From a virus: DNA of 64,000 nt. The stretch lies in IMG/VR virus record IMGVR_UViG_3300027319_000001. The stretch is one strand, 5' to 3'. Position numbers and translations under genes: made by a program. Positions 43,848 to 52,747 of the stretch are shown here, in pieces (the stretch's first letter is position 1; each line of letters starts with the position of its first letter). The notes under the pieces are model-generated. The model did no database searches. It was not told the DNA's origin and saw only the letters and a program-made list of their open reading frames with translations.

Positions 43848-44537
43848 ATGGACGTTCGTCTGCTTGCATACACGGTGATTACTGATCACGTACGGGATCG
43901 GCTCGGGAACGAGCCGGGAGTTTCGGACATTGATTTGCTTGCCGAGTATGCTGGCCGGAATTGTTACCAGTCATGGCACAAGCCAAATCCCGCTACTCGG
44001 GAAAACAGCGGATACATCGAAAACATCCGGAATCACAGGCATTGGTCCGTTCTGGAGCATGGGCAGGCCACATTTGAGGTTGAGGGGGTTTCTCTTGCGC
44101 TCATGTGGGAGCTGACCAGGCACCGCCATCTTTCGTTCTCTATTCGTTCTACGCGTTATTGCCCGCCGGATGGTTATGCCCTGCACCCCACACTTGCTCT
44201 GTTCGGGAAGCACAACAGGTCCATTATTGATTCTGTTGAGTCGGTGTGGGATGAGGCTCTTGCAGAGTATCACAATATTTTTGTGACTCTTCGTAAGAAT
44301 GGTGTTCCGCTTAAGTCCTGCCGTGAGGCGGCTGCGCAGTTTCTTCCGGTGATGACGTCTACCTGTATTGTTGTGTCGGGCAATATGAGGGCGTGGCGGG
44401 AGGTTATTGAGAAGCGGAATGATCCCGCTGCTAACGCTGAGATTCAGATGCTGGCCAAGCTGGTCCTTGCCGAGCTGAAGGCGCTTGCTCCTAATACGTT
44501 TGCTGACCTGGAGCTGAATCCGGGGGAGAAGAAGTAG
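43848..44537 (+). CDS. thyX: flavin-dependent thymidylate synthase ThyX
   Basis: The ThyX motif RHRHLSFSIRSTRY is present, and RBS GGGGGA precedes ATG 43848. Confidence 0.9.
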   Translation: MDVRLLAYTVITDHVRDRLGNEPGVSDIDLLAEYAGRNCYQSWHKPNPATRENSGYIENIRNHRHWSVLEHGQATFEVEGVSLALMWELTRHRHLSFSIRSTRYCPPDGYALHPTLALFGKHNRSIIDSVESVWDEALAEYHNIFVTLRKNGVPLKSCREAAAQFLPVMTSTCIVVSGNMRAWREVIEKRNDPAANAEIQMLAKLVLAELKALAPNTFADLELNPGEKK

Positions 44538-44539
44538 CC

Positions 44540-44659
44540 ATGGACTGGTTGGATTTCCTGATTCTCATCGCTGTCATGGGATTGTTCATCAATGAGGCAG
44601 CATCTTACCTGGTGGCTGCTCGGGATTCCATTGAGCAGAACAGACAGATGAACGTTTAG
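44540..44659 (+). CDS. micro-ORF, single-TM peptide (39 aa)
   Basis: MDWLDFLILIAVMGLFINEAASYLVAAR... It fills the gap between thyX and the kinase gene exactly. Confidence 0.4.
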   Translation: MDWLDFLILIAVMGLFINEAASYLVAARDSIEQNRQMNV

Positions 44660-44668
44660 GAGGGCTTG

Positions 44669-45235
44669 ATGGGGGTTGTCCTCGGTTTGCACGGTTATGG
44701 TGGTGTCGGCAAGGACACGCTTGCCGATGCTCTGGTGGACAACTACGGGTTTGTAAAAATCGCGTTTGCCGATCCGGTCAGGGAAATCCTGTATCGGATG
44801 AATCCGGTCGTGGTGATTGAGGACAACCAGCCCGTCTCCCTTCAGGAGGTTGTTGACCGGATCGGCTGGACGGAGGCCAAGCATTTGTATCCGTCGGTTC
44901 GGGAAATGCTTGTCGGTCTTGGGATGGGGGCGCGTCAGTCCATCGGACCGCGTGTATGGATCGATGAGGCTATGCGCCGTGCCGGGAATCATGAGCGAAT
45001 AGTGTTTTCTGATGTCCGAATGCTGGACGAGGCGGTGTTCCTCCGGGACGTGTATCGCGCGATCTTGGTGCACGTCGTGCGTCCTGGTGTTGGTCCGGCG
45101 CACAATCAGGAGTTGTCCTCGCTCCCACCAGCAATGCTGGATTATGTAATCGAGAATGACGGTGACATCGTTGATTTGAAGGCCAAGGCCGACATTCTGA
45201 TGAACCGGCTTGCTCTGAAAGGCCTTGTGTCCTGA
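44669..45235 (+). CDS. deoxynucleoside monophosphate kinase-like P-loop protein
   Basis: RBS AGGAGG precedes the start, and the P-loop is GYGGVGKDTLA. Its size and context fit a phage dNMP kinase. Confidence 0.6.
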   Translation: MGVVLGLHGYGGVGKDTLADALVDNYGFVKIAFADPVREILYRMNPVVVIEDNQPVSLQEVVDRIGWTEAKHLYPSVREMLVGLGMGARQSIGPRVWIDEAMRRAGNHERIVFSDVRMLDEAVFLRDVYRAILVHVVRPGVGPAHNQELSSLPPAMLDYVIENDGDIVDLKAKADILMNRLALKGLVS

Positions 45236-45255
45236 TTCATGTGTGAGGACGAGCA

Positions 45256-45858
45256 TTGAAGTACGTCGGAATCGACCCGTCATACTCTGGTTTCGGGATC
45301 ACTATTTTGGATGAAGACGGGTCACATGAGACCCATGTGTGGGACTTTAGCGCAAGGACCTGCAAGGGATCTGGCTCAAACCAGCTGTATGCGGTTTATC
45401 GCAAACTCGCTGAATATCTGGTGTTTGCTGCCGAGCCTGAGCAGTACGCGCACGTGGGTCTTGAAGGATACGCTTTCAATGCTAAGCGTGGCGTTGCAAA
45501 ATCCGGGGAACTTGGAGGAGTTGTCAAGGTCGTCTTGATGCTCGTGATGCCGATGCCCGTGTGCTACCCAACCATCATTGCACCGCCTCAGGTAAAGCGT
45601 TACGCGTCTGGTGAGGGTGATGCCGCCAAGGACAATATGCTCTTGTACGTCTATAAGCAGTGGGGTGTCGAGTTTGACCATATTCCTCCGAGGCTTCGGA
45701 ACAACGCTGCGGACTCTTATGCGATTGCCCGCATGGTGATGGATCTGGAAGGCGGTACGGCAGAGCACCAGTATCAGAGAGATGTGATTGCGAAACTCAA
45801 GCCGCATACGGAGGGTGGTGCGGCGTATGAGGACTGGCTGAAGGACCTCTCTGCCTAA
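45256..45858 (+). CDS. ruvC: RuvC-like Holliday junction resolvase
   Basis: The N-terminus KYVGIDPSYSGFGITILDEDG matches the RuvC GIDPG..G pattern. Confidence 0.7.
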   Translation: MKYVGIDPSYSGFGITILDEDGSHETHVWDFSARTCKGSGSNQLYAVYRKLAEYLVFAAEPEQYAHVGLEGYAFNAKRGVAKSGELGGVVKVVLMLVMPMPVCYPTIIAPPQVKRYASGEGDAAKDNMLLYVYKQWGVEFDHIPPRLRNNAADSYAIARMVMDLEGGTAEHQYQRDVIAKLKPHTEGGAAYEDWLKDLSA

Positions 45859-45871
45859 TCCGGATTGTCTG

Positions 45872-45899
45872 AGAGCCCGCCGTGAGGCGGGCTCTTTTT
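45872..45899 (+). terminator. intrinsic terminator after the RuvC-like gene
   Basis: AGAGCCCGCC gtga GGCGGGCTCT is followed by TTTT. Confidence 0.8.
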
Positions 45900-45971
45900 G
45901 TGTTACCAGAATTTCAGTTCGTATCCCTAATCTTGACTTAAGTGGCAGAATACGGAAATTCAGGTAACACA

Positions 45972-46253
45972 ATGAGTGAAAACGCTAACGGTCTGACCGT
46001 GCTTAAGGTGCGGTCCTCGTCAAACGCATCGGCACTCGCCGCTGCGCTCAGCCATGCCATCTATGACGGTAAGGATGTGGCGCTGCGTGCTATCGGCGCA
46101 GGAGCGGTCAACCAAGCAGTTAAGGCTGTCGCTATCGCTCAGGGGTTTGTCGGTACGCGGGGGATCACGCTGTCGGTACGCCCTGGCTTCGACATCGTGA
46201 AAATGCCCGAGGGTGATATCACGGCAATGGTGCTGCGGATCATTACCGACTGA
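45972..46253 (+). CDS. spoVS: SpoVS-like protein
   Basis: ..LKVRSSSNASALAAALSHAI..LRAIGAGAVNQAVKAVAIAQGFV.. closely parallels my recollection of B. subtilis SpoVS (..LKVSAKS..IQAIGAGALNQAVKAIAIARGFV..). Confidence 0.75.
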   Translation: MSENANGLTVLKVRSSSNASALAAALSHAIYDGKDVALRAIGAGAVNQAVKAVAIAQGFVGTRGITLSVRPGFDIVKMPEGDITAMVLRIITD

Positions 46254-46312
46254 TAGATAAACGGGAAACCGGCCTACACTAAAAACGTCCGTAGAGATAT
46301 CGGGTGGGAAGT

Positions 46313-46555
46313 ATGGATCGAAACAACGAGTTCACCACAGGTGCGCTTGGTGGCATGCCATTTTTCCACTCGATACAGCAAGAGCACCCCCAGGGATATC
46401 GGCCTTTGTCGGTTCTGGATAATCCCACTCGTAGTCCAATCGGTCTCGGCCTGTCGGAAACTCAGCGTCTAATGCCTGACGGACGCCTGCTGCCGAGTAA
46501 AAACGGGGTCTCCGACGAAACGTATGAGCGCCGTGCCTGGCTAGGGGCTATGTGA
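46313..46555 (+). CDS. hypothetical protein
   Basis: ATG 46313 follows a GGGTGGGA RBS. Confidence 0.5.
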   Translation: MDRNNEFTTGALGGMPFFHSIQQEHPQGYRPLSVLDNPTRSPIGLGLSETQRLMPDGRLLPSKNGVSDETYERRAWLGAM

Positions 46556-46567
46556 GGGATTGGAGTC

Positions 46568-46891
46568 ATGGCCGATAGGACTATCACTGAGTACCCGACC
46601 ATGGGGAAGTCCGCCGCCACCGATTGGCGGAATGTGAGCGGTACGGTGTATCGCGGTGATCTGGAGCAGCGCCACACCTATAGCAAGGACAGCATGGTGA
46701 TGGCTGCCCTTCACCCGTCGCGGCGCAATGTGCATGAGCGTCTTGGTTTTGTCGGCGGCATCCAGGTGCGCCATGTGTATCCGAACGTCCCCGAGGCTAG
46801 TCTGACCCAGCGCAATGTTCGGACAATGCCGAACCGGCATGGACTGAGCGATTTTTGGGCGAAGCGGCAGTACGGACAGCGCATGCAGTGA
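46568..46891 (+). CDS. hypothetical protein
   Basis: 107-aa ORF with RBS GGAG. Confidence 0.55.
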   Translation: MADRTITEYPTMGKSAATDWRNVSGTVYRGDLEQRHTYSKDSMVMAALHPSRRNVHERLGFVGGIQVRHVYPNVPEASLTQRNVRTMPNRHGLSDFWAKRQYGQRMQ

Positions 46892-46900
46892 GGTGACCTA

Positions 46901-47080
46901 ATGCCCGCGTTTCTTGCTCCTCTTGCTGGCGTTGCTGCTCGCGTCGCCGCGTCCAGTCTGGGTCGCCAGCTGATCAAGGGTGCGGTCAGCCACACGGCTG
47001 GCTACATGCTCGCCAACCGTCTGCAGAACCAGCAGAACCAGCAGCCTCAGGACCCTTACCAGCAGCACCGTTATGCCTAA
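46901..47080 (+). CDS. small protein (59 aa), hydrophobic N-terminus and Q-rich tail
   Basis: It falls below the ORF-track cutoff. RBS GAGGTG precedes ATG 46901, and its stop overlaps the next start (ATGCCTAA). Confidence 0.5.
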   Translation: MPAFLAPLAGVAARVAASSLGRQLIKGAVSHTAGYMLANRLQNQQNQQPQDPYQQHRYA

Positions 47081-47573
47081 CGTCAACTACTCACAGTTCC
47101 CCGCCGCCACCACGGTCGGTGGCGGCGGTGGTTTCCGGGACTTGATGGATGCCCGTCGGTCCGGTGTGTATCCAACGGCTCCACATTCTAACTATCCGGA
47201 CGGCTATCTCGGCACCATCCGGACCCGGCGGGATGACAGGCTGCTGCGCGCGGTACAGGAACGCCTCACGCAGAGGTCCTACCAGCGCGGGGTCCACAAG
47301 GGAGAAAAGGTAGAGCTTTCCGACTATTTCTGGCCACCGGACTTTGGTCCAACAACCGGTCTTGAGTATCAGGAGCGTGGGCGGCGCTGGACGGCAAAGG
47401 GAGACCCAGTAGAACGGTTCGCCTATGGCGGCAGGCATCTGCTCACCTCTCCGTCTGAGCTTGGGGAGCTGGCCAAGCGCTATGGCGTGTCCGCCTACCG
47501 TCCTGAGAGTCGTGCCGAGACGGATCCGGCCTTCGCCCAGTACATGCGCCGCTATCTGCCCACGTGGAGGTGA
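47073..47573 (+). CDS. hypothetical protein
   Basis: ATG 47073 is coupled to the upstream stop. Confidence 0.55.
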   Translation: MPNVNYSQFPAATTVGGGGGFRDLMDARRSGVYPTAPHSNYPDGYLGTIRTRRDDRLLRAVQERLTQRSYQRGVHKGEKVELSDYFWPPDFGPTTGLEYQERGRRWTAKGDPVERFAYGGRHLLTSPSELGELAKRYGVSAYRPESRAETDPAFAQYMRRYLPTWR

Positions 47574-47575
47574 CC

Positions 47576-47851
47576 ATGGTCGCCGGACCTTGGGCATCCC
47601 TGCCGGAAAAAATCCTGTCAGGTCGTCTTGATGCGTTGATGAGGGCTGACGCCCGGACTCTGGAGTCTATTCGTCCCCCGATTCCGAACATCGGCAAGGT
47701 GTTTCCTCGCTACACCGGTAAAGAGCGTCGTCCTATAACGATTCGGGATGTCGTAAATTTGGGGCTGAAGTATCCAGGCCCAAACGCTGATCCTCTTTCT
47801 CAGCGTCCCGGTTATATGGGTTCACCGTTACCAGGATTTGGCTTGTCTTGA
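47576..47851 (+). CDS. hypothetical protein
   Basis: RBS GGAGG precedes ATG 47576. Confidence 0.5.
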   Translation: MVAGPWASLPEKILSGRLDALMRADARTLESIRPPIPNIGKVFPRYTGKERRPITIRDVVNLGLKYPGPNADPLSQRPGYMGSPLPGFGLS

Positions 47852-47891
47852 ATACTCTGGATTTCGGCGAAGGATTAACCGAGGTTTTGGA

Positions 47892-48071
47892 ATGGCCAAG
47901 AAACCGTTTAGGGCCGACGACAAGCGTCGTGGCGGCCTTGGGGACAATGTACCTATCACGGCTTCCGACAATGACGGTGCTGGTCCGTCGCTCTATGACA
48001 TCTTGGGCCGTGGCAAATACCTCCTGAACAGCAAGCAGTTCTCCATTGGTCAGGGAAAGAGGGTTGCCTGA
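47892..48071 (+). CDS. hypothetical small basic protein
   Basis: ATG 47892 is in frame within ORF 47838..48071. Confidence 0.45.
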   Translation: MAKKPFRADDKRRGGLGDNVPITASDNDGAGPSLYDILGRGKYLLNSKQFSIGQGKRVA

Positions 48072-48235
48072 TGGCTTATCCCCCGTCTCGCAGCTGCATG
48101 TCCGAGTTCATTGAAGGTGCAACCGATGGTGGCATGCGAAAGCCCACGCCGAATCGGGGCGGTTTTGATCGCTCCCCGGCGAATACCTACCCAACTTCGC
48201 CGATGGTTGGCGTGATTAAGGGGCGTGAGCGGTGA
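48071..48235 (+). CDS. hypothetical small protein (54 aa)
   Basis: A TGATG overlap lies upstream and a GTGA overlap downstream. Confidence 0.4.
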   Translation: MAYPPSRSCMSEFIEGATDGGMRKPTPNRGGFDRSPANTYPTSPMVGVIKGRER

Positions 48236-48360
48236 GCGTCTACAAGCAGCCTATTCCTGAAAATCGCCCGGATATGGCACCGGTCCGCCCTGAGGATGGT
48301 GACCAGGACGCTAAGGTTCAGGTGCGCCCCCTTCCTGAGTTCGACGAGAGGGGGACGTGA
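48232..48360 (+). CDS. hypothetical small protein (42 aa)
   Basis: The GTG start is coupled upstream, and the stop overlaps the endolysin ATG. Confidence 0.35.
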   Translation: MSVYKQPIPENRPDMAPVRPEDGDQDAKVQVRPLPEFDERGT

Positions 48361-49160
48361 TGAGTCTGACCGCTGACGCTTTTATTGCCGTTGCTGAGCG
48401 GGAGATTGGCTACAAGGAAGACAAGAACGGAGCAACCAAGTACGGTATTTGGTACGGCAAGCGGCATAAGAATCCGGCATATGACAAGGCAGCCTGGTGT
48501 GACATGTTCCTTGTCTGGTGCGCCTACCAGGCTGCAGGTGAAGCAGGTGTCGCTATCGTCGGTGATTTCGCCTACACGCCGTGGCATGCGAGCTGGTTTG
48601 CTCGTAACGGGCGTTTCGGCAACACCCCGAAGAGGGGCGCGATCGCCTTTTTCGACTGGGGGGGATCGAAGAACATCTACGCCATTGACCACGTCGGCAT
48701 TGTTCTAGGGACTGACTCTCTCGGCCGCGTGGTGACGATTGAGGGCAATACGTCCAACCAGGTAGCCAAGCGTTACCGGTCCATGTCCACCATCGTCGGC
48801 TACGGATATCCTAAGTTCGCCGCTGCCGCCAAGAATGCGTCGGTCAAGGCGGCGAATACCAAGCCTGCTACCACGAAGAAGCCGTCGGTTCCGGCATATC
48901 CGCTGCCGAAGGGTCACGTTCTCGGCTACCCAAAGACCAAGTACATCCACGACGGTACGGAGAACGCGACGTATAAGAATGCTGTCCGTACGGCCCAGAA
49001 CCGCTTTAAGGAGCGGGGCTGGACCATCACCGTGGACGGTATTTTCGGGCCGCAGACGACTAAGGTCACCAAGGCATTCCAGGCTGAGAAGGGCCTGGAA
49101 GTTGACGGCCGTATCGGTCCGATCACTTGGAATGCACTCTGGACCGCGCCGATCACTTGA
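48360..49160 (+). CDS. endolysin: CHAP amidase/peptidase + PG_binding_1 domain
   Basis: CHAP-like: ..AAWCDMFLVWCAY.. and ..DHVGIV... C-terminus: ..VDGIFGPQTTKVTKAFQAEKGLEVDGRIGPITWNALW. Confidence 0.85.
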   Translation: MSLTADAFIAVAEREIGYKEDKNGATKYGIWYGKRHKNPAYDKAAWCDMFLVWCAYQAAGEAGVAIVGDFAYTPWHASWFARNGRFGNTPKRGAIAFFDWGGSKNIYAIDHVGIVLGTDSLGRVVTIEGNTSNQVAKRYRSMSTIVGYGYPKFAAAAKNASVKAANTKPATTKKPSVPAYPLPKGHVLGYPKTKYIHDGTENATYKNAVRTAQNRFKERGWTITVDGIFGPQTTKVTKAFQAEKGLEVDGRIGPITWNALWTAPIT

Positions 49161-49182
49161 TTCGTGATTAACGGGGGATGAT

Positions 49183-49683
49183 TTGAGCAAGATCCGGCTA
49201 CTCGTTTGTCATAATTGCAAGACGATTGAAGAACTTCCCGACTTTCAGGGCAATCCTCGTGATGACCACGTGCTGGCGTACTTGATTGAGCAGAAGCATA
49301 CGACCCCTGAGGGTACGGCGCATATCGGAAATCTGTTTGATATTGATGAACACCAGTGGCGGCGTCCTGAGGTTCGGCTTGAGGTCCTTAAGGAAATCAA
49401 GCAAATGAGCGGAAAGGGCCTTGGAGACGAGTTCTACGAGGTCAAGGCCACATTCCAGGAGGATGCCGCGCAGTGCTGGAGGAGTAAGAAGCTCACTCGG
49501 AACAATTGTGATGAGTACCGCTCTGAGCGGAAGGCGCTTGTCCCCAACACCAAGGACATCAGAAAGGAACTTGGTCTCGGGAAACCTCCCAAGCTTCGCT
49601 ACTTGTGTGACTTCTGTCCGTACACGTCCAAGGTCATGCAGCGCAAGCGTGCTGCAGCGGGTTATTACGACTACGTCGATTAG
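49183..49683 (+). CDS. hypothetical Cys-rich (zinc-binding-like) protein
   Basis: Cysteines follow the pattern CHNC...C...C...CDFC. TTG start after a GGGGGA RBS. Confidence 0.5.
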   Translation: MSKIRLLVCHNCKTIEELPDFQGNPRDDHVLAYLIEQKHTTPEGTAHIGNLFDIDEHQWRRPEVRLEVLKEIKQMSGKGLGDEFYEVKATFQEDAAQCWRSKKLTRNNCDEYRSERKALVPNTKDIRKELGLGKPPKLRYLCDFCPYTSKVMQRKRAAAGYYDYVD

Positions 49684-49692
49684 TCCGGAACA

Positions 49693-49896
49693 TTGAAGCA
49701 TTATTTGTTTGTGTACGGCCATCGTAAGGCTCGCATTCTGAAGTCGCCGAAGTTCGATGACGGGCGTATTGCGCTGCGGCGACGTTTTTCTTTGGAGCGG
49801 AATTGCGATGGTATCGGCGATGTTGAAGTTGTCGTCTTAGGCGCTCATTCGATGGATCAGTTTAAGCGACGCATTCGAGGTGCCCGTACCGGATGA
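49693..49896 (+). CDS. hypothetical protein
   Basis: 67-aa ORF with a TTG start and weak signals. Confidence 0.35.
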   Translation: MKHYLFVYGHRKARILKSPKFDDGRIALRRRFSLERNCDGIGDVEVVVLGAHSMDQFKRRIRGARTG

Positions 49897-49991
49897 TTTG
49901 AGGAATGGCTATTCTGGTGGTATGGCGTCCGGCAGACGCGATTCGTGATTTTTCCGAGGGATTTTTGTGACAGGGATGTGAGGGCGAATAG

Positions 49992-50339
49992 ATGGTTGCA
50001 GAATCTGGGGCCGTGCCGCTGATCGGGCAGAATTCGGGGGAGCAGAACGAAGCCAAGCCGCTTGAGGTCCGGACGGCAGTTGTTCTGTTCATGACCAACG
50101 ATGGTGAAGTTGTTGGATCAAATGATCTTCGTTTGATCAACGACAAGCTGCTGAGGGTTCAGAAGATCGCACACCCGGATGAGTTCCTTGCCATGTGTCA
50201 TGTAGCCGCGTCTGATATTGACGCTCAGCGCACAGCTGGTGAGGTAAGCCGGGTTATGCAGATGGCTGCGCGTGCCGCTATGGAGCAGCAGCGTAACGCC
50301 GCGATCCTTTCTCAGCTGAAAAATAACGGAAAGGGATAA
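49992..50339 (+). CDS. hypothetical protein
   Basis: 115-aa ORF. Confidence 0.5.
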   Translation: MVAESGAVPLIGQNSGEQNEAKPLEVRTAVVLFMTNDGEVVGSNDLRLINDKLLRVQKIAHPDEFLAMCHVAASDIDAQRTAGEVSRVMQMAARAAMEQQRNAAILSQLKNNGKG

Positions 50340-50359
50340 TCGCAAAATAGAATGGGGGT

Positions 50360-51361
50360 ATGGCCTACCAGTCCCCAGATTACTATCTGAGAAAAGCCGC
50401 TGCGGCCACTCCTGATATTGTTCCGGAGCCCGGTCACAGTGGCTATTTCTCTTCCCCTACAGAGGGGCTGGACCCGGATCTTTTCATTGGTGATCGGATC
50501 CGGCTTGACGTGCGGGAGAAGATCATCGCCCCGCTGGACGCTTTCTTCCGGCAGCGCGGACTGAGTGACTGGGGCCGCTACACACGTGTGTGGCTCGCCG
50601 GTAGTGGGATCTCATATCAGTGGGACGCCGATCGTGGGAATGGCGATTTGGACGTCCTGATCGGTATTGATGCAGCTGAGCTGCGTCGTGTCGCGCCCCC
50701 CTTCCAGGGGCTGTCTGATACCGAGGCTGCCGACGTACTGAACAGCTGGCTCCGCCGTGACCTGTGGCCTCTGACGGCCCAGACCCGGATTGGGAGCAAG
50801 GTATACGAGGTCACGTACTACTGGAATCCGGGTGTCACTGACTCCCCAGGTGCCATCAGGAGCATCCGGCCGTATGCCGCCTATGACCTGACCACGCCGG
50901 GATGGGTCGTACGGCCGCCCAGGCTGCCGTCGGACCCGGCGCTGTTGTATCCCCGAGAGTGGCATCAGGCTATCCAGCGCGAGGTTCAGACGGCGAGAGA
51001 GATCTTGAGCCGATTCAATGCGGCTCGTGCGCAGGTGCTGTCAACCACTGGTCCGGCACAGACAAACGCCCTGACTCGGATGCGCCTTGCCGCTGCGCAG
51101 GCCGCCGCGCTCTATGACGACATCCATATGGGTCGCCGCGCTGCTTTTCGGCAGGGTGGTGAGGGATACCGCGATTGGGCGAACTTCCGCTGGCAGAGCC
51201 ACAAACGGTACGGCACCGCACAGGCTCTCGCGGCTGTCAGACGGCTGGCCGATGAGGCATCACAGCAGGCCAGCGCAGCACTCTACGGAGGTCCTGTGGC
51301 TGACGCTGAGGCGGCGCGTATAGCAGCTCTCCAGTGGACCAACGCTAGGGGGATGCTATGA
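50360..51361 (+). CDS. nucleotidyltransferase-fold (Pol-beta-type) protein
   Basis: WLAGSGISYQWDADRGNGDLDVLIGID fits the hG[GS]-x(9-13)-D-h-D-h NTase signature. Confidence 0.55.
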   Translation: MAYQSPDYYLRKAAAATPDIVPEPGHSGYFSSPTEGLDPDLFIGDRIRLDVREKIIAPLDAFFRQRGLSDWGRYTRVWLAGSGISYQWDADRGNGDLDVLIGIDAAELRRVAPPFQGLSDTEAADVLNSWLRRDLWPLTAQTRIGSKVYEVTYYWNPGVTDSPGAIRSIRPYAAYDLTTPGWVVRPPRLPSDPALLYPREWHQAIQREVQTAREILSRFNAARAQVLSTTGPAQTNALTRMRLAAAQAAALYDDIHMGRRAAFRQGGEGYRDWANFRWQSHKRYGTAQALAAVRRLADEASQQASAALYGGPVADAEAARIAALQWTNARGML

Positions 51362-51870
51362 GCGGTATCGCCGTGGTCACCATGGACGGCATCATCCGTG
51401 ATCCTGTCCATGACACGCTGATCACAAGCGGTCGTGATCTCGCCGTTGCGTTGAGCGCGGATTACCGCGTGGTATTTCTTGCGGACACGGATGATCACGA
51501 TCTGTGGGATTTGTGGTTGGCGCGCCATGATTTTACAGAGCACGCTTTTGTTGTTGAGCGCCGTCCTGAGGACCCAGAAGACACCGCAATCCGGCGTGTA
51601 CGGCAGATAGAGCGGTTGCGCGGTCAGGGTGCATCTGTAGAGCTGTTCATTGATTCCGATCCTGGCGTTATCGCCACTGTTATGCGTCTGGGCGTGCCCT
51701 GTCTCCTATACGTTCACCCTCAATACGCGCGCCCGGAATTCCGGCCGGATTATCAGGCAGAGATTCGTCCGTGGGACACGTTGGTGATGGAACTTAACCG
51801 GACTAAAGAACTGCGGGCGGCAGACCCACGATATAGGAGACCTAGTGTTCGACTTCAACGCATTGAATAA
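51358..51870 (+). CDS. HAD/NT5C-like protein with apparently substituted nucleophile
   Basis: The N-terminus VVTMDGIIRD contrasts with the canonical DMDGV. The C-terminal FIDSDPGVI..GVPCLLY resembles HAD motif IV. Confidence 0.35.
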   Translation: MSGIAVVTMDGIIRDPVHDTLITSGRDLAVALSADYRVVFLADTDDHDLWDLWLARHDFTEHAFVVERRPEDPEDTAIRRVRQIERLRGQGASVELFIDSDPGVIATVMRLGVPCLLYVHPQYARPEFRPDYQAEIRPWDTLVMELNRTKELRAADPRYRRPSVRLQRIE

Positions 51871-52681
51871 GACCGTAGACAGCAATATAGCTCGCGTTCA
51901 CGGCGGCTGGGGACGCTGGAACGACAAATTTGTTCGGAAGCAGCTTGACCGGTCCTTCTCCAGGATGAGGGAGAAGGCTCGTGCTGAGCAGCTGCGAAAG
52001 ACCTATGGCCCTAGCCAGGTAGCTGATCGTGTTTTCCGGACTGGCGCTGAGGGCGAGTACGCCCGCAATCGCCGTGTGACCTTCAAAGGGCCTTCCCAGG
52101 CTTCACAAATCGGTGGGATGAAAATCAACCGTTTGCAGTCCGCTGAGCCTGGGTCTATCAAGTCCACGAATCTGAGTAAGACGCCATCGACATACTACAC
52201 GCCTTCCGTGCGCGGTCCCCAGTTCGGGGGTAGCACGTACCCGGCGTTCCGTACCACGGGTTTGCCGTCTCCCAAGGGTGGGATGCCTCCCGCGAGGGAG
52301 AGCATCAGGGCTTACCAGGACCGAAGGCTGCGCTCGCGCACGCCAGCGCCGAAGAGCTGGCAGCAGACCGAACTTCCTATCCCTAAGGCTTCTCCAACGT
52401 CTAGAGGTACGCAGCTGGAGCTTCCTGTTGCCCGTAGGTCGAATCTGGTGCCGCAGTCGCGCTTTGAGGGCCGTTACGAGGGGCCTCCGGAGAACAAACG
52501 ACCTGGGCAGATGGCGCTGTTCCAGCCGTGGGCACAGCAGTCTCTGCCCATAATTCCTCACCGCGAGTCAACCTGGACGCCGCCTGAGCGCACCACACCC
52601 AAGACGCACCAGTACAAGATTCCGTACAAGGGCACTTACAAGGGTAATAAGCCTCCGCGCAAGCCACTGCCGCCCATGTAG
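51845..52681 (+). CDS. very basic, proline-rich, probably disordered protein
   Basis: 278 aa rich in R/K/P/S/T/Q, with few hydrophobic residues. GTG start. Confidence 0.5.
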   Translation: MFDFNALNKTVDSNIARVHGGWGRWNDKFVRKQLDRSFSRMREKARAEQLRKTYGPSQVADRVFRTGAEGEYARNRRVTFKGPSQASQIGGMKINRLQSAEPGSIKSTNLSKTPSTYYTPSVRGPQFGGSTYPAFRTTGLPSPKGGMPPARESIRAYQDRRLRSRTPAPKSWQQTELPIPKASPTSRGTQLELPVARRSNLVPQSRFEGRYEGPPENKRPGQMALFQPWAQQSLPIIPHRESTWTPPERTTPKTHQYKIPYKGTYKGNKPPRKPLPPM

Positions 52682-52747
52682 CGAGCGGGTTTAGGGGAAG
52701 GGGACCCAGCCCCGATACGTCGTTATCGGAGCATTTAGGGGTTCCCA

